This document shows positions 40,688-49,542 of a stretch of DNA of 64,000 bases, in pieces. Source of the DNA: a bacterium. Its GTDB lineage: Bacteria > Zhuqueibacterota > Zhuqueibacteria > Zhuqueibacterales > Zhuqueibacteraceae. The stretch spans positions 41,968 to 105,967 of the forward strand of contig JBIOXB010000034.1 in NCBI GenBank assembly GCA_044869275.1. Reading direction: 5' to 3'. The translations under genes and the position numbers were made by a program. The first letter of the stretch is position 1. The number at the start of each line of letters is the position of its first letter. Below the pieces are notes generated by a model. It made no database searches, was not told the origin of the DNA, and saw only the letters and a list, made by a program, of their open reading frames with translations.

Positions 40688-42490
40688 ATGCCGCACGGGT
40701 TGAAACTCGAGCTCGTTGGCGCCGCCATGCTGATGCTTATTCCTTTTTTCGTTTTGCTCGCGGGCACGCTGCCGCAAGTGATTTCCATTCAACCTGCCGC
40801 GCATAGCACCACACCGGTCTTGTCGCCGGAAATCGTCATCCGCTTCGATGCACCTATCGATCCCACTAGCATCGTGGCGCGCTCATTCTCGGTGTTCGGC
40901 CGCTGGACCGGCGTATGCCCGGGGCAGTACGCTTTCGAAGACGGGAATCAGCAAATTCGTTTCACGCCGGCCCGCGCTTTTTCAGCAGGCGAATGGATTA
41001 CGGTGTCGCTTTCCAAAAACGTCAAAAGCGCGAGTGGCGAAAGCATGGCCAAGGGCTATGCTTGGAATTTCATGACGGCGGCGCAGCCCGGCTCATTCGA
41101 GATGGCGGAAAGCAAGCGCCTTCCGGTGCGGCGCGCCGGCGAAGGCCCGATACGAACCTACGGCGCTTATGCCGGGGATCTCAATGCCGACGGCTTTCAT
41201 GATTTTACCATGCCCAACGAGGAGGCCAACGATATTCGCGTGTTCTTGAATGACGGTGCCGGCAGCTATTCGACCGATTTCAACATTTTCGCTTTGCCCG
41301 TCAATTCCACACCCAGCACCAACGAGGGCGCGGATTTCAACGGCGACGGGTTGCTTGATTTCGCGGTGGGTAATATTCGAGGCGGAAACGCCGGCGTCTT
41401 TCTCGGCGATGGCCAGGGCGGGTTTGCGGCGGCGCAGGTCTATGCCACCGGCGCCGGGACGCGCGGGCTGGGTGTCTTGGATTTGAACGGCGATGGCACG
41501 CCGGACCTGGTTACTGCCAACCGCAGCGCGAGCAACGTCACCAGCTTGCTCAATCGAGGGGACGGCAGCTTCGCGCCGCGGGTAATATTGGATTCCGGCG
41601 TGCAGGGCGAAACTTCATGCGTGATCGCGGATGCTAATGAAGACGGCGTGATGGACGTGTTCGTGGGCGGTTATGACAGTGATGAGATCGCAGTGTTGCT
41701 GGGCGATGGCAATGGCAATTTGAGTTTTTCAACAAAAGTTAGTTGCCAGGGCGACGCCTGGATGATTGCTGCCGGCGACGTTGATGGAGATCACCATGTC
41801 GACGTCGTTTCTGCCAATGCCGGCCAGCGCACTTTTTCCGTGCTGCGCGGCAATGGCGCCGGTCAGCTCGGTGTGGCGCAAGTTTTCAATACCGGCATTT
41901 TCTCCCTGGCGATCGATCTCGGTGATCTCGACGGCGACGGCGATCTGGATTTGGCCACCAGTAATTATTCTTCGCGCGATTTCATTCTTTACGAAAATGA
42001 CGGCGCCGGGCAATTTACCGAACGCAAAAAACTCTTCGCCACCGTTGCCGCTTCGTGCGCGGTATTGCACGACCGTGACCGCGACGGTGATCTCGACATG
42101 ACCGGGATCGATGAGGAAGCCGACTTGCTCTTCCTGTTCGAGAATCCGGGAACGGGCAATCGCGTAGACCAGCCCCTGGCCTTGATGCCGCCCGGCGATT
42201 TTGAGCTGTTGCAGAGCTATCCGAATCCGTTCGTCGCCGGCTTGCCGCAAGACCAGCAGCATGCCGGCCGCATCGTCATTCCCTTTGTGCTGCGGCAAGC
42301 GGCGGAAGTTCGATTGGAAATCGTCAACCTGCGCGGCGAAGTCATGACGGTTTTGTTGCACGGCCCTCGGCCCGCCGGCATGCATCGCACCGAGTTTTCC
42401 TTCAGAAATCTGACGGCCGGAGTTTATTTTTATCGCCTGCGGGCGGGCGGGCTGTCTACCACGCGCAAGCTCCTGGTGTTGCACAGATGA
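40688..42490 (+). CDS. Secreted FG-GAP repeat protein with Ig-like (Big_5) and FlgD/T9SS-type C-terminal domains
   Basis: Repeated DLNxDGxxD motifs; IRFDAPIDP; QSYPNPF..AGVYFYRL. Confidence 0.88.
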   Translation: MPHGLKLELVGAAMLMLIPFFVLLAGTLPQVISIQPAAHSTTPVLSPEIVIRFDAPIDPTSIVARSFSVFGRWTGVCPGQYAFEDGNQQIRFTPARAFSAGEWITVSLSKNVKSASGESMAKGYAWNFMTAAQPGSFEMAESKRLPVRRAGEGPIRTYGAYAGDLNADGFHDFTMPNEEANDIRVFLNDGAGSYSTDFNIFALPVNSTPSTNEGADFNGDGLLDFAVGNIRGGNAGVFLGDGQGGFAAAQVYATGAGTRGLGVLDLNGDGTPDLVTANRSASNVTSLLNRGDGSFAPRVILDSGVQGETSCVIADANEDGVMDVFVGGYDSDEIAVLLGDGNGNLSFSTKVSCQGDAWMIAAGDVDGDHHVDVVSANAGQRTFSVLRGNGAGQLGVAQVFNTGIFSLAIDLGDLDGDGDLDLATSNYSSRDFILYENDGAGQFTERKKLFATVAASCAVLHDRDRDGDLDMTGIDEEADLLFLFENPGTGNRVDQPLALMPPGDFELLQSYPNPFVAGLPQDQQHAGRIVIPFVLRQAAEVRLEIVNLRGEVMTVLLHGPRPAGMHRTEFSFRNLTAGVYFYRLRAGGLSTTRKLLVLHR

Positions 42491-42667
42491 TGCCTGCTGC
42501 CTGGTTTGAGCTTGAACAACTTGAAGCAAGAGGGCTGAAATTGAAGCTTCTTCAGCAACACTAAAATTCCACTTGACGAAAACCAAATTCATTGCTTTAT
42601 TAAATGCGAGACGCGGCTCTCGCCAGATCCACTTGGATGTTTTTCATTTCACCTCAAGGAGGCTGTT

Positions 42668-43207
42668 ATGCGAAAGAATGTCTTGCTCAGCGTGGCCTGT
42701 ATCTTGTTGCTCGCCATGTCTGCGCTCGCACAGGACAAAGAGGTGGCGAAAGATGCCATGCCTGCGCCACCGGCACCGCTCGCCGACGACCTGTTCCAAT
42801 GGATGGTCGGCGAATGGGAAGGTTCTTCCACTACCGCCATGGGAAAATCCCAAGATTGGCAAAAAGTCGAGATGAGCCTGGACAATCAATGGGTCACCAC
42901 GCATTACACTGCCAACATGGGCGCCATGAAATACAAAGGCATGGGCCCAATGACCATTAATCCGGCGACCAATGAAGTCACCGGCTACTGGTTCGACAAT
43001 TTTCGCGGTGTCTACAAAGGCATGGGCAAGCGCGACGGCAACAAAATCACCATGACGTGGGAAGGTCCGATGGGCACCAGAACCGACACCACGGAAAAAG
43101 TGAGCCAGGACAAAATGGTCGTGACTTACACCAACAAAGAACCCGACGGCAAAGTGTCGGAAGGCCGCACGGAATTGACGCGCAAAAAAATGGCGGGCAA
43201 AACTTGA
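42668..43207 (+). CDS. Secreted DUF1579-like beta-barrel protein
   Basis: AAGGAGG RBS, signal peptide, WMVGEWEG, GYWFDNFRG. Confidence 0.75.
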   Translation: MRKNVLLSVACILLLAMSALAQDKEVAKDAMPAPPAPLADDLFQWMVGEWEGSSTTAMGKSQDWQKVEMSLDNQWVTTHYTANMGAMKYKGMGPMTINPATNEVTGYWFDNFRGVYKGMGKRDGNKITMTWEGPMGTRTDTTEKVSQDKMVVTYTNKEPDGKVSEGRTELTRKKMAGKT

Positions 43208-43369
43208 TCGCACCGGTACGAACTCCGCCGCGGGCCAGCTTGGGACCGGCCCTTTAATTCCTCATGGCGAATGAGCCGTCTTCAGTAAAAAGAGAATCCC
43301 GCTGCTCCTGCATGAGCGGGATTCTAATTCTTTCCGTATGAAGCCCGGGACACATTGCAAGGACAAAAC

Positions 43370-43891
43370 ATGAAAACACGCATGCTGCTTCTGTTCATTG
43401 TGGCGGTATTTTTTTCATTGCCTGCGATAGCGCAATCGCAAAACGCGCCGCCGGCGCCCCAGGCGCTCGAGGACGCCTTGTGGCAATCCCTGGTCGGTGA
43501 ATGGCAAGGCTGGTCTGAAAACGCCGCGGGGCGCTCGGAGGTCGAGATGGAAATCGAGTGGGAATTGCACAAGCAATTTCTCCGCACCAAAGTCACGGTC
43601 AAAAACCAAAGCCAGGAATACAAAGTTGTCGGCTACGCCACGAAAGATCCGGCCACGGGCGCGATGACGAGCCATTGGTTCGATAGCTTTCGCGGCGTTT
43701 ATCGCGGCACGGAAACACGCAGCGGCAACAAATTCACACTTAAAATGGAAGGCCCGGCGACGGTCGAGCGCACGTTTGAGTTGAGCGACAACAAATTGGC
43801 TGGAACTTACAAAGTCGTCCAGCCGGATGGTCAAATTGTCGAAGGCAAATCGGAGTTCATACGTAAGGTTAAAGCGCCGAAGAAATCCTAA
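43370..43891 (+). CDS. Secreted DUF1579-like protein (paralog of 42668-43207)
   Basis: Signal peptide, SLVGEWQG, SHWFDSFRGVY, PDGQIVEG. Confidence 0.75.
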   Translation: MKTRMLLLFIVAVFFSLPAIAQSQNAPPAPQALEDALWQSLVGEWQGWSENAAGRSEVEMEIEWELHKQFLRTKVTVKNQSQEYKVVGYATKDPATGAMTSHWFDSFRGVYRGTETRSGNKFTLKMEGPATVERTFELSDNKLAGTYKVVQPDGQIVEGKSEFIRKVKAPKKS

Positions 43892-43896
43892 GCGCG

Positions 43897-44184
43897 GTGT
43901 GGGGGGAAGGCGTATTTTCGGAAGAAGTATTGACGGTCGCGGTCAGCAACCTGCGCCATGCCTTGCGGGACGACGCGCGGGCCCCGAAGTTCCTTAAGAC
44001 CATCCCGCGCTTTGGTTATTGCATGCTGGCTGCAGAGGCCCCGGCTTCGGCCAGGGAACAGCGCAAGAGTTTTCTGGAAATTCTCGACGATCGCGTTGGC
44101 CTGCGTTTTCTCCTCGTTGCTTTTATTGTTATTCTATTTTTGATCGTTCTGCTCACCCGCCGGCACTTTGGCCCCTTGCATTGA
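43897..44184 (+). pseudogene. 5'-truncated CadC/ToxR-like winged-helix regulator with TM helix
   Basis: VWGEGVFSEEVLTVAVSNLRHALRDDARAPKFLKTIPRFGY (C-terminal half of trans_reg_C) followed by a TM segment. Confidence 0.65.
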
Positions 44185-44510
44185 TCTTTCCTTGAGGGCG
44201 CCGCTCACACTTCCGGCAAGCCGTCGATTGCAACGGCCTTGGCGCATTTCCTGTTATGAAAAAGTGCTGGAGCTGCTGCCGCAAAATGTGCATGACAGCA
44301 CGGAATTCAACAGAGGGCTGGCGGAGAATGCGCGCGAGAAACTCAAACTGCTGGAGCCTTAGCGGGCATTTCGGGTGAAGAACATTGCTCGCGTTAGGCA
44401 GAACCGCCGAGCCGCAAGCACACGGCCTCGATGGAGAAGTTGCAGCGGCGAGGTTCGCGCGCCAAGATTTTTCACCTTGCCTGGCCACGTCGAGATCAGT
44501 ATATTGCTGT

Positions 44511-45563
44511 ATGCAGGTTAGCGACTTTTCCCAATCGGTGCAAAGCCTTTTTGAGTCGGCGCAGCGCGGCGAGCGGCATTCGCTCGATCAATTCTTGACG
44601 CATCTACGCCCCCAAATTTTGATGACGTGCTATCGCATGCTCGGCAACGTCGAGGACGCAGAAGATGCGGCGCAAGAAGCCTTGATTTCGATCTTGGCCG
44701 GCATCAATCCCGCGGCGCCCTCGGGGAATTGGCGGCCGCTCGTATTCGGCAGCGCCGTCGAAGCCAGCTTGCTCGCCATTTCCGAGCGCGCCGAGAGCCA
44801 AAACCCTGCGGAGAGCCCTCCCGAATCCGTGGAGGCATCGCGTACGCACGCTCGGCAGACGGAGCCCTTGCTCACGGGAGAAATGCCGCTGCAAGAAATA
44901 GATGATCTGGAATATTTTTCCGAGCGCGCGATTTCGACGCGTGAGAGTTTGGCGCTGATCTTCATCCAACTGCTCCAGCTTCTGAAACCCGAAGCGCGCG
45001 CCGCTTATCTGCTCGCCGATATTTTGAATTGCGACCCCGAGACAGTCATACGGGCCACACACTTGCGACCGCCGCAAGTCCAGGAGCATTTGGCGTTCGT
45101 GCGTCGCGTTATGCAGGCGGCGCGCGCCAAGCTTCCTGCTCAAGTGCTCCCGCCGGCTCATCCGATGGCAAAGAAAATTCTGCAGCGGCTGGGAAAAAGC
45201 CTGATCGCACAGAATGCCATGCGCGCCGCCGGTTTGTTCGATTTGGACGCGGTGCTGGCGATTCCGGGCTTGGGCTCATTCACCGGCCCTGAGGCGATTG
45301 CCACACAATTCGCGCGCATGTTCACGGTGGGGCTCACGCCGCAGGCCATATCCCTCATCGAAATCAACGGCCAGCCCGGGCTGGTTTGTTTTCAGAAGAA
45401 GGAAGAACGGCATAAGTTGCGCTACTTTGCCAATCTCGTCATGGCCGTGACCATTTCCGCGCACGCGCCGGAGGCCAACAAGATTGTGCGCGTGGATGTG
45501 GTGACCGACAGCAAGATGGTGAAGAAGACCGGCGCGGCGGCGCGGCGGGTGAAGAAAGGTTAG
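44511..45563 (+). CDS. ECF sigma factor-like protein with SnoaL-like C-terminal extension (SigG/SigJ-like), divergent
   Basis: CYRMLGNVEDAEDAAQEAL, RESLALIFIQLLQLLKPEARAAYLL, SnoaL-like FTGPEAIA..INGQPG. Confidence 0.75.
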   Translation: MQVSDFSQSVQSLFESAQRGERHSLDQFLTHLRPQILMTCYRMLGNVEDAEDAAQEALISILAGINPAAPSGNWRPLVFGSAVEASLLAISERAESQNPAESPPESVEASRTHARQTEPLLTGEMPLQEIDDLEYFSERAISTRESLALIFIQLLQLLKPEARAAYLLADILNCDPETVIRATHLRPPQVQEHLAFVRRVMQAARAKLPAQVLPPAHPMAKKILQRLGKSLIAQNAMRAAGLFDLDAVLAIPGLGSFTGPEAIATQFARMFTVGLTPQAISLIEINGQPGLVCFQKKEERHKLRYFANLVMAVTISAHAPEANKIVRVDVVTDSKMVKKTGAAARRVKKG

Positions 45564-45592
45564 CGCAACACAGTACGGAGTAGAATTCGAAC

Positions 45593-46086
45593 ATGGCCGC
45601 CATGATGCAAGCATTCTACTGGGACTGTCCCCGCGAAGAGCATTGCGAAGGCCAGTGGTGGAACCACGTGCGCACCAAAATCGCCGGCTTGACGCACGAA
45701 GGTTTTCCCTGCGTCTTTTGGCAAAATTTTTACAATCGGGGCTTGGCAATGGAGAACACGCCGCACGGCATTGCCGCGCTGGTGCAGGCGCACCACCAAT
45801 ACGCCGGCGGCGGAACGCAAGTACTGTCGGTGGATGATGATTTGTACGTCATGCAGCGCGGCGGCCACGCGGAACAGCCGGGTTTGATTTATGTTTGAAC
45901 AACCGCGGCGACGCTTGGAACGGCAATTGGGTGGCGACGCAATGGCAGAATACCGCATTCCGGCCGGTGGCATGGTGGAGCAAAGCCGGACTGCCTCCGC
46001 CCGAGGTGCAGCGCTCTTCTGCCAACGGCCGCGCGCAGTTTTGGGCACCGCCGCGAGGATACGCCGTGTACGTGCCGCAGATCTAA
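45593..46086 (+). pseudogene. Alpha-amylase (GH13) remnant with large internal deletion and frameshift
   Basis: N-terminus MMQAFYWDCP..WW fused directly to C-terminal LTHEGFPCVFW..DDDLYVMQR..GLIYV/LNN; catalytic barrel missing. Confidence 0.8.
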
Positions 46087-46127
46087 AGCTTGCGACGAGA
46101 AAAATCGTCCACGAAGAATGAATAAAC

Positions 46128-47549
46128 TTATTGTTGCCGATTTTTTCCCGCCGCCGATCTCGTCCAATAAAAATAAAACGGCAGCCCCAACAGCAGCAGC
46201 CCGATCCCAATCAGCGCATTCCTCGTGTCTTCCACCAGCGTGTTATAAACGAACCAGCCGGCAATTCCCACGAACAATAAAGTAGCATACGGATAACCCC
46301 AAGCCTTGTAAGGCCGTTCGGCGTTGGGCATTTTGCGGCGCAAGACGATCACGCTGATCGCCGTCATGGCGTAAAATCCCCAGGAGCCGAACACGACGTA
46401 GGAAGTAATTTGATCGTACGTGCCGCTGAGCGTCAAAATCGCGCCCCAAAGGCCGAGCGAGAGGATGGCGACGTACGGCGTATGGAACCGCGGATGGACT
46501 TTGCTGAATTTTTTGGCGAAGGTGCCGTCGGCGCCGCCGGCATAAAGTGAGCGCGGACCGGCGAGCAGCATGCCGTTGGTCGAACCAAAGGTCGAACACA
46601 TGATCCCGAAAACGATCAACGAAGCGCCGATCGGCCCGAGCACGGCCTGCGCCACGTCTGCCGCAATGCGTTTGGAGCCCGCCATCTCATGCAGCGGAAT
46701 CACGGCGGCATACGCCAGATTCGCGGCGAGATAGATGGCAATGATCGCCACGGTGCCGAGCAGTAACGACAAGGGCACGTTGCGCTGGGGATTCTTGAAT
46801 TCACCGGCAATCGTAGTGACGTCGATCCAGCCATCGTAAGCCCACAATGCGGAGATCATGGCCAGGCCGAACGCCGCCGTCATGCCACTGGTCCAATCCT
46901 CCGGCCACCACGGCAAAAAGTTGGTGCTGTTGGTCTTGCCGGAAAAGAGAACAACCAAAATCAGGCCCACCAACGCCACGACTTTGGCGGTGGTGAAAAC
47001 GTTCATGACCATGCCTCCGAATTTGACGCCGCGCATGTTGATGTACGTGACCAGGGCGATCACCAGCATCGCCACGATCTGGTTCCATCCAAAGGCGAAT
47101 TCCAGGTGCTCGCCCAAAAGCGACCATTCCTGGCGATAGAATACATTCTCCGGGCTGACCGCGGGAATGAAATGGCCCAAATACGTGGCAAAGCCGACGG
47201 AGATCGCGGCCGCCGAACCGGCCTTATTGATGAAGAAATCATTCCAGCTAAATAAAAAGGCCCAAATACGCCCGAAGCTATGGCGCAAGTAAACATACGG
47301 CCCGCCGGTTTGCGGCAGCACGGCGCTCAGTTCCGCGAGCGTGAGCGCACCGAAGAAAGTGAGCAGGCCGGCGACGACCCACACCAGCAAGATCGGGCCC
47401 ATGGCGCCCAGGCGCCCGGCAATGGTCGCGGGCACCAAAAAAATTCCGGAACCGATGATGACACCCATGTGAATGGCGATGCCTTCGCGCAGGCCCAGCG
47501 CGCGCAGCAATTCGGGTTGGTGGGTGGACGGCGTGTGCGAGGTTGTCAT
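46128..47549 (-). CDS. APC family amino acid permease
   Basis: IIGSGIF, AELSAVLPQTGGPYVYL, WAYDGW, EFKNPQRNVP, RPYKAWGYP. Confidence 0.93.
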   Translation of the reverse strand: MTTSHTPSTHQPELLRALGLREGIAIHMGVIIGSGIFLVPATIAGRLGAMGPILLVWVVAGLLTFFGALTLAELSAVLPQTGGPYVYLRHSFGRIWAFLFSWNDFFINKAGSAAAISVGFATYLGHFIPAVSPENVFYRQEWSLLGEHLEFAFGWNQIVAMLVIALVTYINMRGVKFGGMVMNVFTTAKVVALVGLILVVLFSGKTNSTNFLPWWPEDWTSGMTAAFGLAMISALWAYDGWIDVTTIAGEFKNPQRNVPLSLLLGTVAIIAIYLAANLAYAAVIPLHEMAGSKRIAADVAQAVLGPIGASLIVFGIMCSTFGSTNGMLLAGPRSLYAGGADGTFAKKFSKVHPRFHTPYVAILSLGLWGAILTLSGTYDQITSYVVFGSWGFYAMTAISVIVLRRKMPNAERPYKAWGYPYATLLFVGIAGWFVYNTLVEDTRNALIGIGLLLLGLPFYFYWTRSAAGKNRQQ

Positions 47550-47613
47550 GAGATTGGGGAGGTGATTAAAAGTGGTAAGTGACAATGGCTCAGGGATTTC
47601 TTCGCGTGTCGAT

Positions 47614-48501
47614 TCAAAAATACAACACCATGCCCGCGCGGCTCGGCAGTGCGCGGTAGATGGCCTTGGCGTCCTCCTGCGCCAATTCCAGTTCGATCAG
47701 CACACGGTGCTGGGGCAGCTCACCATGGGCCATGCTTTCGACGGCTTCGCGCGCGGCAGCCAGCAGGCGGCGCGACTGGTACCATACTTTTTCCCACCAG
47801 CCTGTGAAAGAAGATGCTTGCGTTTGTTCGATGGCGAGCACTAAATCGCGATCGAAGGCGAGCATGTAATGCACGTCGCGTTTTTCGAGAGCAACCTCGG
47901 AGGCGGGGCGCTTTTGCGCTTCGATCGTATCTGCCGGCGCTTCGATCACGCGGACTGGTGCTCTGGGCAAAGTCGCCAGGTGTCCCTGCAAGGTGAACGG
48001 TGTTGCCAGCCAGCTCTGCAAACGCCCTTGTGCGCGCAAGCGTCGAAATGCGCTGCCGATATGAAAGCGTTGAATGCGGCATACACGCAGCGGCACGCCT
48101 TTCACTTCGAGGCTGGCCAGGCTATCTTTCAAATTCACCACCAGGCCAATGGAATCACCTTGGGCGAGCTGCAGGCGTGCTTGCCAAAATGCCGCGGTGG
48201 TTTCCAGATGAATGAGTGCTTGGCGCAAATCCGCATGCTTCGCGCTATCTGCGGGCGCCACGAATTCAGCCGGCGCTTTGGGTTCCTCCTCCGCGTCCAC
48301 CGTGGTAATTTCGTCGTAGGGATTTTTGACGACCGGCAAGATAACCGCAACCGCCAGCAAGATCAGGGAGGGCAACAAAATAAAAAGGAGAAGAAAAGTG
48401 CCGGCAACGGGATGCCGGCGAAGTTTGGCAAAATAGCGCACGAATGGCTGCGCGAGCTTGTTCCCGAGGTGCTTGAGAAAAGTGGCAGGTGAGCAGGGCA
48501 T
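47614..48501 (-). CDS. Membrane-anchored protein with probable inactive YkuD-like (L,D-transpeptidase-like) domain
   Basis: N-terminal TM; GLVVNLKDSLASLEVKGVPL and C-terminal ELAQEDAKAIYRALP..MVLYF resemble the YkuD ends, without the HG..GC motif. Confidence 0.6.
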   Translation of the reverse strand: MPCSPATFLKHLGNKLAQPFVRYFAKLRRHPVAGTFLLLFILLPSLILLAVAVILPVVKNPYDEITTVDAEEEPKAPAEFVAPADSAKHADLRQALIHLETTAAFWQARLQLAQGDSIGLVVNLKDSLASLEVKGVPLRVCRIQRFHIGSAFRRLRAQGRLQSWLATPFTLQGHLATLPRAPVRVIEAPADTIEAQKRPASEVALEKRDVHYMLAFDRDLVLAIEQTQASSFTGWWEKVWYQSRRLLAAAREAVESMAHGELPQHRVLIELELAQEDAKAIYRALPSRAGMVLYF

Positions 48502-48609
48502 CAGTTGAGATTAGAATACGTTGTGGCGTACGGCCCCCGTTTAAGCCAGTCGGGGGGGAATCCGCAAGCCGCCAAAAGAATATGGTTGGTTGCGCCTTGA
48601 TCGTGTGGG

Positions 48610-49422
48610 TCAATAGATGAAAATACGCGAGCCCAGCTGCAGGTTTTTGTACACGACTTCGAGCTCTGGGTCGTCCAGCCGCACGCACCCATGCGTGACC
48701 GGCATGCCAAGCATGCGTTTGTAGAGTGTGCCGTGAATGAGATAGCCGTTGCCGAAAGCGAGGGCGTAGTCGCCCAGCACGCCGGTTTCGTAGCGTTCCG
48801 GCGATTCGGGCGGCGGCACCGGCCGGCCCTCTTCGATGAAGGCCCAATCCGGCATGCGCCACACTGGCGATTTGACTTTGCCGATGACGCGAAACATGCC
48901 GCGCGGCGTGGCGAACATCCATTCGCGATTGTCGGAAGCCTTGAGCAATACATTGCTGCCGGTCGAGCACAGGCCTTCGTGAATCAGTTTGTTCCCGGCC
49001 TTTACGTAAATTTTGTTTTCGGAGGAATTGACGATCAAGTAGGATTCGCGCGGCATCAGCCGTTCGAATTTGGCGCGCCGGGCGGCCAGATTTTTTTCCA
49101 TCTGGCGCACGGTTTTGCGCAGATTTTCCGTACTGGCCAAATGAATCGCCTGCAAATGCTCGGAGGCCGGCAGCAAGGCGAAAGCCCATTCGCGCAATTT
49201 CGGCGCCGCAAACAGCGTCGCCAGCGCCAGGGAAATGCCGAACAACAAACCCCACCAAACAGATTTATAAGTAAACCGGTCTTGGCGCAGACCTGCTTTT
49301 GCCTTTGCACCAGCAGCGGGCGGGGTTTTTTGCACTTTGCCGTTTTCGGCAATTTCCGGCGGCGGGAGCGCTTGCGCCGTTTTTTCATCCGGCGGAAAAG
49401 TGCCTCTGCGCGGCAGTTCCAT
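48610..49422 (-). CDS. L,D-transpeptidase (YkuD family), membrane anchored
   Basis: CSTG, FATPRGMF, PVWRMPDW, YLIHGT..THGCVRL. Confidence 0.92.
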   Translation of the reverse strand: MELPRRGTFPPDEKTAQALPPPEIAENGKVQKTPPAAGAKAKAGLRQDRFTYKSVWWGLLFGISLALATLFAAPKLREWAFALLPASEHLQAIHLASTENLRKTVRQMEKNLAARRAKFERLMPRESYLIVNSSENKIYVKAGNKLIHEGLCSTGSNVLLKASDNREWMFATPRGMFRVIGKVKSPVWRMPDWAFIEEGRPVPPPESPERYETGVLGDYALAFGNGYLIHGTLYKRMLGMPVTHGCVRLDDPELEVVYKNLQLGSRIFIY

Positions 49423-49542
49423 TGCTGCACCCTATTGTTTCACAGTCCAACTACATTGCCAAAAGTAAATTTCCTTTTGGCGAGAAATACTTGCCAGACC
49501 AGTCGCGCCATCAGTTTATTTGCAGTCCTTATGCGCTTGCTT

